DNA of 64,000 bases from positions 18,944-82,943 of the forward strand of contig CAYRXT010000001.1 of assembly GCA_964428315.1 (NCBI GenBank), in the 5' to 3' direction. The notes beneath the pieces are model-generated. The model ran no database searches, was not told where the DNA came from, and saw only the letters and a list, made by a program, of their open reading frames with translations. This document shows positions 32,301-44,300 of this stretch, piece after piece. The position numbers were made by a program, and so were the translations under genes. Position 1 is the stretch's first letter; every line of letters starts with the position of its first letter. This DNA is from an uncultured Planctomycetales bacterium. GTDB taxonomy: Bacteria; Omnitrophota; Gorgyraeia; Zapsychrales; CAYRXT01.

Positions 32301-35300
32301 GCGATATCGTGAACCGGCGGTATTTTGTCAATTATACTCCCGATGATGTAAAGGCCAGGGGCGTAGAGGTCAGCGGTACAGCGGAGGACGGCTCGCAGTC
32401 CGCCCTGAGTCATCACAACCTGGTGGATTTCCGGTATCATCTCGAACGGGAGGCCTATATAAACAATATGTATAAAAATCAGGGGCCGGCACCGGTCGTC
32501 GAGAGGGACACCTCGATGGCCGATGGTCCCGGTGGCATTACGCATGTCCCGGATATCCGGGTTGAGATGCCGTCTCTGTCTGTGCCGGGATCCGGCCTGC
32601 ACTCAACGGTGCCGTCCTCGTTATGGATGTCGGGGCAGGCGGATACAACAGATCAAAGGACAGGCGGCCCGGGGAATCGCCGGTTGGCCGCCGGGGAGGT
32701 TACGCGCAATACTATGCGAGAGGCCCTTGAACAATACAGCCTCGGCGGTTCGCCGTTGGCTGATTGGCTTATGCGTGAGCAGGCGACGGCGGCAGGTAAG
32801 CCCGTCCGCGCGGACGCGGACCATGCCATGAGCGATGATGTTCAAACAAAGCATACGCTGGGGCTGGGACCTGGGAGCGCGGTCGAAGATTTGACGGAGA
32901 TGTTACGGAAAAAAGCCTTGGAAGAGACAGGCCCATCAGATACCGGGACGGGTTCTCCTGTAATCCGGACCGCCAACGGCCGCGGTGATGTTCCGGTCCA
33001 TACAACACAAATCAATCCAGCACTGGCCTTAGGCGGCTGGAGTGGAAGAAACGGCCGGCCGGGTTTCAATCCAGAGCGGGCCGGAGACGTAACCGGCCCG
33101 ACGACCGGGACGGCCGGATTTGATCCCTCTTCTCTTGCGTCAAATCAAAACGGCAATCAAGAGACCGGAACAAATGGCGCGGATAGATCGGCAAACGCCC
33201 CAGCCGGTCCGGATTTTCAGGATGAATGGAGGGTCATAAAAGTCCCGGGCACCTCCGGCCGGCGGGTTAAGCTGGTGCGGCGGGACGATGCCCAACCTTC
33301 TGTGAGGATGGGCAAAAGAGGGGATCGACCGAATGCATTCCATGATGGCCGTGACTTTGATTTGCCAGATAGGTGGCAGTGGAGCGATGTCGTCCCTGAC
33401 CAAACTCGCGCGCCGGAAATTGCGCCTCAGCCGAAGGCTGTCCCACCGTCTCCCGAAGCCGGGATCGCGCTCATCGCGAAAAACCACGCGGTGAACGGGA
33501 TTATCCCGGTGTTGGACCTGAATTTGCACAACCTATCGTCTGGGCCCGACCGCGACTTCAACAGGGCCGACAACTTCATGGCGGAGGATGTGACGGCGGG
33601 GCTTCAACCGGGAAGTTTGTCGCAGGATCCCACGGACTGGAGGCGGGTGGTGGTGGGGGAAGGGGAAAAAAGGACCTGGCGTCAATTAGGGGGAGGGAAC
33701 AGTGTCGACCAAATGTTTGCTGGCCTTATAGAAAAACCTTACAAATCAAGAAGCATATATGTGCCGGTCATGGAACGCGACTCGAGGCTGGAGCAAGCCC
33801 AAAAGAAGCTGTCGGAGATAGGGGACGGACTGAAAGAATCCCTGGTGGATTTGGCTCCGGATAATAAAAATGTTCAGCGCGTTGCCGCTTCATTTCAATT
33901 CATTCCAGCAGAAAGCTATATAGATATCGTTGAATCCGAACCCGTGCCAGTGGCGGCGCAGTTGTTTGTGCCGAATATTCTTCTTATTCATCCGGCATTG
34001 ATAACGCAGCTGGGGGAACACGGAAGGCTAATCGCTAATCATGAAATCGGCCACGCGGTATCCGATTATCTTTTGCCGGTAACTATGGCGGACCTTAACA
34101 GAAAATTGAAACAAGACTATGCCGAGTGGGTTCAAAAGAATGGTGCCCAGTATGCCCAGTTGTGTATGCAAGATTTTGTTTCTAAGGTGAAAACCGGAAA
34201 TGTGCTTGAGCCCGGCTCTTTCGACAAAAGGACGCACCGCGAAATGACAAACCAATTCACACATTTAGCCCGGCGGGTTGCATATGTTAGTGAATATGCT
34301 GCGGACGCCATGGCGCGGATCCTTATGCTGCGTCAGACAGGAGAGGATATCAATTTGTTGGATTATTTGTGGCAGATCCAGGCAATAATGCGCCAAGAGG
34401 CGACCGCACAAATGCCGAAGGCAATGGCGTTTTGGGCAGGCGTGTCGGATTCTCTGTTGCCTGGGCGGCCATTGTTGCGATGGCGACGGCATTGGGGTGA
34501 AGCTTTTAAGCCGGAGACCAGTCATCCCAGTTATTATGCCAGGCATGTCGCTCTTCAACATTTCGGGACAGATAAGGTTGTTGAAGTGGAGCCACCTGAA
34601 ATTCATGGGGTGGAGGCCCGCGGAGACCACTTCATGGCGGAGGACGCGACACAGGCGCCGATGCCCACTCAAGGAGAGAGTATCCGGGAGTCCTTTCTCG
34701 CGCGGGCCGAATGGGAGCCTTCCACGGTGACGGGATCCTCCTTTCCCGGGGGGGCCGGTGCCGGCGTTCCCGATGACGCTATCGGCGCGGCCGTCCTTGA
34801 AGCAGTTGACGAATATCTGCGGGACACAGCCCGTCTCGGAAACGGCGGGCAGGAGGGGGTCAGGATCGATCCCGCCGGTTCGCCGCTGTTCCTGGATGTC
34901 CCGCGCACGCAAAAGGGCTCCCCTAAGATAAGACCATCCGCAGAAATCATCCTCCAGTATTTTCATGATACTAGTGGCGTCAGGACGGAAATGGAAGGGT
35001 TCGTGGAGGTCCTCAGCGGCTATCGAAGCGATCTCCCGCCAAACGCGCAAAAGAGTCTGGATCATTTGGCCGGGCTCGTGGGAGACCTGCGGGCCGAATT
35101 CGCGCCGGTTTATGGCGAACTCAATAGCAGGACAACCACCGGGCGTGAGAAAATGCGGTTATTCGGCAGGGCCCTTGAGATCACCCTTGAAAAGGGGCCG
35201 GAGATAAAGTCGGCGGCGGCGCGTCTGCAGGAAGCCATCCCGTCAAGCGGCGAATTTGAGGGTCTTCGGGACGATGCCGCGATCGTCTATAACGCGAGCG

Positions 35301-38300
35301 CCGGACTTTACCGCATGGCGGCGCATGCCGCCGGCCTGGGCGCGGAGCGCCGGGTGATGCTTCCCGATGATCCGTCTTATCTGCTCTCTCTTGTTCCCGG
35401 CGCATTTAAAGTGCGGCGAAAGGTCGGAATTAATTTTTCCACAAAGACAAATCAGCCGGTTGTTGTCCCTGCGGGTGCTGTAGGCCTTGCGTTTGGCAAT
35501 ATTAACGATCATGTCTCAAGTCATCCGGAGATAAACCAGTCAGATGTGAAAGTCGGCGTTTCTTTTACCCCCTTGGAAAACAAAGGCAAAGTGAAGCTCG
35601 TGATCAGCGATAACGGGCCCGGGATACCGCCGGCCATTTTGAGCAGAATATGGGATGCCGGCGTGACCTCGAAAGCGGATAGCATCGGCCACGGCCTTGG
35701 GATGGGGTCGATGTTGCGTCAGGTGACAGAAAACGGCGGTCGGATAAGGATCGACAGTACAGCAGGCGAAGGAACGGCGGTTACGATCGAAGCGGAACCC
35801 GCGGCACCCGGTCTTATCGTGAAAGAGATGATATTATCTGCCCTGGAAGGCGATCTTGATTCAGCGCGCTTGTTGCAAGGGGCGCTGGATGCGAAGACCC
35901 TGCCCGCGAGACAGGGAAAGAACTTTCAAGAAGCCCTTGTCCTCGCGGAGCTCCGGCTAAGGAATAGCGGGCTGCGGGAAGAGGCGAACAGCGTCGGGGT
36001 GCTGATGAAGGAGAATCCCGATACATTGCCGGAGGTCCTGCGGGAAGAAAAAAGCGCGGTTGATCCAGCCGGGCCCCGTGTCGTAGGTATGCAAGATATG
36101 ACAGATGGGTTTTTCGGCAGGCCCAGGGCGACGCACGGGCTTTCCGCGCTGGAGGTCCTGCGGGAAGAAGAAAGCGCGGTTGATCCAGCCGGGCCCCGTG
36201 TCGTAGGTATGCAAGATATGACAGATGGGTTTTTCGGCAGGCCCAGGATGACGCGCGGGCTTCCCGTCCCGCAAAAGCAGAGTTTAGTTAACATAGCTGG
36301 CTTAAAAAGCACAATTAGACGGATAGCTGAAAGTGCAGTCAACGATTATTTTGAAAGACAAGACTACGCGCCCGATTCGGAGGCCTCGTTCAGGCTGGAT
36401 GTGGAAAAAACAGCGTTCCTTCAAGGTGTTCAAAGATTAGAGGACGGCACCCTTACCGCGGAGAACGGACGCGCATGGGAAATTGCGAAGAGATTGGACG
36501 CTGTCCTGCATGATCTTAATAAGCCTGTTTCTTCGATGCTTCTTGTTGGTCAAATGCTTGAGTCTTATATGGGCGAAGATCCTTTATTAATCGATGAGGA
36601 ATCCGGGGCTGAGTGGTTGACCTCTGCCTTGAAGAAGTTCGCGGTAAAGTTCAAGGATGCCAGGAAAGCATATCAAGCAGGGGATCGGGGCTTGCTTCAG
36701 CTGGCACACCCCGATGAGGCCGTTATTGACTCTCTGCGCGGTAAAGTGGCATATCTAGAAGGCGTCGTCGACGCCATACTCAAACGGGCGCACCAGGTCA
36801 AGACGACGGCCGCTTATGTCCGGGACTATCTGGTTACGAACGCCGGGGGCTCGGAGGAGTTTGAAGACAGAAAAAACATGAAGGATTTTTTGACCCGCCT
36901 TGAGAAGGCGGCCGAACGCTCGATCCAGATCGCGCGTCAGGTCGCCGGACTGAGCGCGGAACGCAGAACCGTCATATCAACCCCGGAATGGCTGAAAGAA
37001 AATATATTCCTGGCAGGCCCTGTAGAGAAAATGGCCGGGGAATTAAAAATCGATTCGCAGATCGGGCCAAGGCCCCTTTTGCTTAATCCGCGGGTTTTTG
37101 ACAATCTTTTTTCTAATGTATTGGATCACGTTGTCCCTGGACGGGAAGGAAGCATCAGGGTCGACGTTTCTTATCAGCCCGCGGAAGGCCAGGACAATAT
37201 GGCCAAAATCGTTGTCTCTGACAACGGGCCGGGCCTAGATCCAAGCATCCAAAATCCTGAAGATATTTTTAATTATGGACGGACCACCCGGGACAGCGAA
37301 GCAGGCCACGGCATCGGAATGTATTCGGTGCGGTCCCTGGTCGAACAAGCCGGGGGACAAATCAGGGTCAGGAGCACTGCGGGAGAAGGCACGACGTTTA
37401 CGCTTCTTGTGCCGGTCGCGAAGGAGGAAGACATATTTGAAGAGGCGCTCCAGCAGGCCATGGAGGGCAATACGCGTTCAGCCTTGGAGTTGACGAAAAT
37501 GTTGAGCCTAGGTCCGGACTATTTTAGCGCTCTTGATAATGTTGAGCAGGCTCTGATTAATCTGGAGGAGAAGCAACAACAACCCGTCTTTGATTTGTAT
37601 GCCGCATTCCCGGAGTGGTTTTCACGTAAAGAAGAGACGCAGGACGTCGAGGCGGTCCCCGCCGACCACGCCATGGCCGATTCCGGGCCGGATGAGGTGC
37701 CGGCACTGGTGGTCGTGGATGCGATGGAAGGGCGGCCGGCACGCATGAGCAAGGTCTTACGGTCGCTCGGCATCGCGGCGGCGGTTACGTTTTTTACATT
37801 GCTTCCCCCCTTAAACAGTATGGCGCAGGATAAGATCGCTTTGGGGCAATATTCCACACAGGACGTCGCGGAGGTTTTCGCAAGGCAGTTGAGGGATGTT
37901 TTGGAGCAAGCCGGACATCCCGCGTCTGTCAGGCAGGCCCTTCTTGGCTATGCGTGGAAGGCCGGCTTTCCGGGTGAAGATTTTGCCGGACTCAGCACTG
38001 AGGAAAAAATAGACAGGACCGTCAACAGGCTGATCAGAGAGACCTGGGGTCTGCGTCCTTTGCCTCTGGCCGAGATTCCCTCAAATGTTGAAGAACAGGA
38101 AAAATATAACATGCTGGAGTTGGAGCCCATCCGGAACAATCAGGCCCTGTGCATGGCCTTTGCCGACGCGGTCGTGTCATACCTCAGGGCCGCGGATGTG
38201 GACGCGACGCCTATGAAAATACCCGGCAGGGGTTCACTGGGGCATCACGTGGTCGCCGTGAGAGACGGCGCATATGGTTTTATCATTGACCCGGCGGTCG

Positions 38301-41300
38301 TGGGTGACGGCCCGGCTATCGTCAGCAAACGGTTCGTCTGGGATGAGGCCTTTACGCTCGGGGAAGACGGTTTCTATGTTATGAACCCGGACGCGCCGGA
38401 TATCTTCCATGAAGGGACGGTCAGGGATCCCGCGTATTACGCCCGATTAACTGAGGTGTCCGGTAAAAATACCATCGGGATCAAGAACCGTTATGAGGAG
38501 CAATTGGATAAGGCCTGGGAACTGCAGGCGGCCGGTGTAGAGAGGTTTAACACAAATAAGAAAAAAGGTAACCTGCCTGAGAAAATCGCAGTAGCTCAGG
38601 CAGGGCTGGAGCAGTATACCCTGGCGGTCCAAGCTTTTCAAGAGACAAAAGAATGCTGGGAGGAAAACAGCGAGGCATTACGCGAACGGTATGTGTTTCC
38701 CGATGAGGAGGAGGGTAATCTGCGAGAGGTTATCATGTCCTCGCAAGCGAACATGGCAAAGATGACGAAGTTCCTCGAGTATCTTCAACGAGAGCAGGAA
38801 AAGATATCCCAGGTGGCCGCCGAACATGCCGCGCCGGAATCCGACAACCACATGGCGGAAGACAACGCCGAGCCGGATTATTATGATTTAGAGACACTTA
38901 TTAAGGATCGGGCCTACGGCTCATGGACGGTCTCGGCCGTTCGCGAAGAGCTGAAGAAGCTCCTGGCCATGAAGAGATGGATGATAAACGCCGTGAGGAT
39001 CGATCCCCTGACCGGGCTTTACAATCGGGCCGGTCTGGAAGAAAAGCGGAACCGGTTGAGAGAACTGCTGGCGCGCGAGGAGGAAAACCGGGCCCTGGCG
39101 CACTTGATGCTGGACATTGATTATTTCGGGGCCTTTAACAAGATTTTTGACCAGGAGACGGGCGACAGGGTTCTGGAGGGTTTTGCCCGTGCCATTAGAA
39201 GGACAATAAGGGACGGGGACGTGGCGGCGCGTGTCGGAGGCGAGGAGTTTTCCCTCGTCCTGCCCGGAACGAATATGGAAGAGGCGGAATCGCTTGACCA
39301 ACGGATCCGCGAGGAGCTTGCCGGAACAGAGAATCCATTATTCGGGGATCTTAACAGAAAGCAGTTTGTTCAGTGGCGCTTGAACGGGGTGATGCGTAAG
39401 ATAAAGGAAAGAACGATCCGCAATAGTGACGATATCAAAAACATAAAAGCCGCCCTTGTTCACCAGCTCCATGTCCAGGATATCCTTGAAAAGGAAAAAG
39501 CGGAGAAAATGGCCATACACGAACTTCCCATCGGTAAGTTGCGGAAATGGGTCGTGACCTACAGCGCGGGCGCGGCGGAGTACAGCGAATTCCAAGCGGC
39601 AGGAAACGCTTTGCGGTTCCTTGACGCCGCGGCGGATCGGGCTCTGTATGCGGCCAAGCAAGGTGGCCGCAATAAGACGGCCCGGTTCCAAGGCACGATT
39701 GATAAGTTTGAAGAGGAGAATGAAATATCGCCGGCCGGGCCCGCTTCTGGGGGGCTTGAACTTTCCGGAATCGACTGGGCCGATAGTGAAGTGGAGAAAA
39801 AAAGAAAAAAGACGCTGATTCGGGATATAAACAAGGTGAAGCAAGACCTGCAGGTCCTTAGGCCTTTGACCGAGACGGATCCTCTCACCGGCCTTGCCAA
39901 CAGAAGGGGGGGTGCCTTTTCTTTCGCCGCGACGCGGTCTCTGCTTGCTCACGCCTTGAGGAAACGGCATCTGTCCATAGCCTTATTGGATCTGGACCAT
40001 TTTAAGGTTATAAACGACATTTTCGGCCATGACGGGGGAGACCGGGTCTTGAGTTTTCTGGGAAAAGTTTTGGGGGATAAGATTCGGGGCATGGATCTCG
40101 CCGCAAGGTTCGGGGGCGAGGAGTTCACCCTGGTCGCGCCTCATGCCCGTCCGAGCGAGATGGCGGGGGTCACAGAGCGGATAAGACAAGCTTTGCGCAA
40201 TGATTCTCTTGTTCCGGACTTTTTGAGCGACCGCGAAACCATCCATACAAGGATTAAAGAGATCATTAAAAAGGGCGACACGAGAGATATGAGCAAAACC
40301 GCCGCCGCGGTCAGGCTTCAGTTGATCACGCAGGGGCTGGCCGAAGCGGGGGATCTGGTGGACAAAGGACTGGAAGACTTGCCATGGCATAAACTTGAAA
40401 AATGGATCGTGACCTTCAGCAGCGGTATCGCCGGTTATTCCGTTGCTCATAATCGGGAGGAAGGCACCCCTGCCTGGCAGGAGGCAGGGAAGCGTGCCGA
40501 AGAGAAGCGCAAGGAGGCCAAGCACGGGGGCCGGGACACTGACGAGGTAGACGATAGTGGCGGTTTCACCGAAGATGTTCAGGCAATAGGCGAGGTTTGG
40601 TTCGACGAAAACAACAGACCACAGGTAAAATTACCATCCCCCGACAATGACCGTGACGTTAATATGGCTGAGAGTATTGAAGCCGGACAAGCGGCAGGTA
40701 CGGCGGTACGGAACACCGGCTCAGTATCGTTGGGCGGTCCGGGAAAGCTTCCGCCGGGCAGTTCGGTGGAGACGGGTTCACGGCCGCCTACGCCGGAGGA
40801 GTTGTCGGCGCATAGGGGAGATGCGGGATCTTCCGGGCCACCCGCATGGGCCTCTCATCCCGCCGTGGGGGACAAGGGTCCCTTGGGCAGTTCAACCTTT
40901 AGCACGGTCATGCCGGTGCGGAAAGATGACGGTGCGGCCGGCGATGTCGGCAGTACCGTGTTCATGGGCAGTATGCCGGTGTCCATGAAGCTTCTGGCCC
41001 GGGTGACCGCCGATGCCGTGGTTTCGACGGCGGACCTCAGGGAAGATATCCTGCGCATCCTGGAGAAGGACCCGCGCACGCTGATCCGCTATACCCACAA
41101 CGGCCGCGATTTCTACGCGCTGACGCGCGATGAACAGGGCCGCGTCCGGGTCGAATCCATAAGCCCCGACGACGTGCTCGCCGAGATCAAGGCCAAGAAG
41201 CAGGTCGCGCTGTTGGCCAACCCGTACACCCTGTACCCGGACAACCCCGATTATCCCGAACACGTGGACACCCCTGTCAGGCAGGCCGTGGCCGCGGCCG

Positions 41301-44300
41301 AGCAGGTCAATGAGGACATCTTCGGCGTGTTTGCCGGCCGGCAGAAGCCGGGGCGCGGCGCCGCGCGGACCGGAGGACAGGCCGGTGACGGCACGTTTGA
41401 GGCCCCGGGCGCGCTTCCCGGCGAAACTCCTTTTATCCCGGGAACGCCCGCCATGCCGGTCAACCCGGTCAGCCCGGTCAATCCCCTGCTCCACATGGGC
41501 ATCATGATCTTCGGCATGATCGGCGGCGGCGCGGACGAGTTCCTCGGAAGGACGCTGGGCCGTTCACAGAAGCATAAGAGCCGGCAGAGGGGCCTGATCG
41601 AACTGGCGGCGCGCCGTATCAGCAAAAACTTCGCAGAGGAAGCCCCGGTCACGGTGAGGGACGTGGACACGGGCCTTGTGCCTGAAGAGAAAGAATTTTT
41701 GTACATGATGGAGGAGGACACCAATTTCGCCCTCCGGCTTCGGGATAAGATCATTGTCCCTCCGGAACCGGGGAAAGACCACGATCCCCGCGGCCCGCCG
41801 GAACGCCCTGAGCGCGATGTCTTTATGGTCGAAGATGTCCCGCCTGCTCTGCCCGGGAGCGTTTTCTCCAACGTCAGGCCCATCGAGAAGGTCGAAGTCC
41901 CCGCGTCATTATATCCTTACGAAGAAAAAATCAAACCGGCCGGTCAAAGAAGGACCCAGTTCTCCGAGATCGATGCCGTCGACAAAGCGTCCGACCTCCT
42001 TGACGGGGCCGCGAAGGCCGGCGACATATCAGACGAGGTGCGGCACATGTGGGTCCAGTTATTCGAGCTGAACAGCGATGAGGACGGAAAGCTGTTGATC
42101 GGCTACCGCCCGGACCAGATCTTCCTCGACCAGATCCTCTTTGAAGACAAGATCGGCATCCTCGAGAACGCCAGGGGCAAGTCCGCCGTCCTCGCGAACC
42201 AGTCCATCCGCAACGTCCGCAAGGGCCATAATACCCTCCTGGTTGCCAAGAACATCGCGCAGTATACCGGAGACGCCGACGCCCCGTTCGTCAAGAGCTG
42301 GAACGAGACGGCCCGGCATATCCTGAAAGACGACGGGGCCGCCTTCATGGACCTGGACAAACTCTTCGAGACCTGGAAGAAGGCGAAGGGTCCGGAGCGG
42401 GACGAACTCGAGAGGGAGATGCTGGAAGCGCTGAAAGATCCCCGGAAGGTCAAGGTGGTCACGAAGGATACCATCGGGTACATGCTCCTCCATTTTATGA
42501 AATACGGGGAGTTTGAGCTTTTGGGCGCGCTGACAAAGCTCGTGCTGGAAGGCAAAGGCGTCGTGGACGAGATCGACGAGGTTTACCTGGCCACGGTCAA
42601 GAGCTACATCATTGCCCTGGGTTCCGGCGAGGAGATCCCGGCCCTGGTGCGGATGCACGAAAAACAGCTCGAGAAGCTCTTCAAGCGGCTGAACATGGAG
42701 GGCAGCAGCGAGCCCCACGCCTTCGACCGCGATTCGCGCTGGCCGGTCATCCACCGGGCCGAGACACCGGAAGAGTTCGAGGCGTACCAGAAAAAGAGCA
42801 AGCTGGCCTATTACGCCGGTCCCACGGGCGGCCCCATGGTCACCGGCCACCACGATTTTCTCCTCACCGAGGCCGTGTACCAGCACCGGGCGTTCAGGAA
42901 CATGTCGAGGAACATGGTTTACCAGGCCGCCAAGGCCAAGGTCGAGCCCCTCACGGCCAACATCACCTTCGCGGAGGACGAGAACGGCAAGATCGTCAGG
43001 CTCGGCCACCAGGAGATCGCCGGAAAGCTCGTGGAGAACATGCGCGTCTCCAACATCCCCTACATGGTCATCAAGGCCAAGCAGTACGGTGTGAATATCA
43101 AGGACCTGCCCTTCTCGGAAGGTTCGTCGCTTTCGGTGGCCATGACGCACGCCTTTTCCAAGAACGTGGTCGGCGTGTCCGCGACCAACATCGGGCTGGT
43201 CGCCTTGCTCGGCCTCACCGGCAAGCGCATCGCGGTCATCAAGTCGAGCGACATCCTGGAACAGATCGCCATGTCGCCGGAAGACCCCGGTTATAAGACA
43301 AAGTACGTGAAGATCGTCCATGACGACGGCGCGGACGTCCAGGATGAAAGGCTGAAGACCCTGGTGCTGGAGAAGCTGGGCAAGGGCGGATTTTCCGATG
43401 GAATATACTGGGAATTCTCCATCTTCGCCGCGAAGCCGGACGAGCGCGAGCGCGTCAGGAGGGCCGTTAACGCGGCGATTGATGCCACCGTCAAAGGGGA
43501 TGACGGTCAGGGCCTTGTCAAACCGGTCCTGGTCAACCTGTCCACGAACACACCGGAAGAAGACAAAAAGCTCATCGCCCGCAACGAAGAACTGCCCACG
43601 GACACGGAAGACGAGAAACTGAACCGGACCAACAAAGAAAAGAACAGGCGCTACCGCCTCGGCCACCCCCGCAGGATCATCCTCTGGTCCTTCGACGCCA
43701 AGAAGGCCCTCACCGTGAAAGGCAAGAGGAGCGTCAACATCCAGTTCGGCCTGGACGACACCCTGGACTCCGCCGCGCACGGCTCCAAGCGGACCCAGCG
43801 CGACGATGACGACATCGAGGGCGAGCGCTACCTCTTCCTAGAGACCGGGGCCCTCAAGAAGAAGCTGGCCACCGTGCCGACCGTGGTCCTCGCCTTCGAA
43901 GAGCTGATCAATAAAAACCGTGACCTCCTTGAAAGGCTCGGCCTCGGGGAGGACGTCCTCAAGGAGAACGTCCACGTCTTCATGGACCATTTCAAAGGAA
44001 AAGTCCTTGGCGCCGGCCTCCTGGAGAAGGAGGAGTTCACCCGCCAGGAGATGATCGAAATGTACACGGCCCTGGTCAGGTACAACACCATCCTCCAGGT
44101 CAACGTCACCACCAAGGCCAGGATCAACGCCCTGAACAAGGACACCCGGATCGTGGACCGCGTCCAGGAATGGATCGAGAGGAACAAAAAACTCCTGTCC
44201 CAAGCGGAGGAGCGGCACGACAGGGACGGGGTCAAAATGTACAAGAACAATGCCGCCATCCTGGAGACGCTTTACCGCCAGGTCACCTGGGGCCTTTTTG

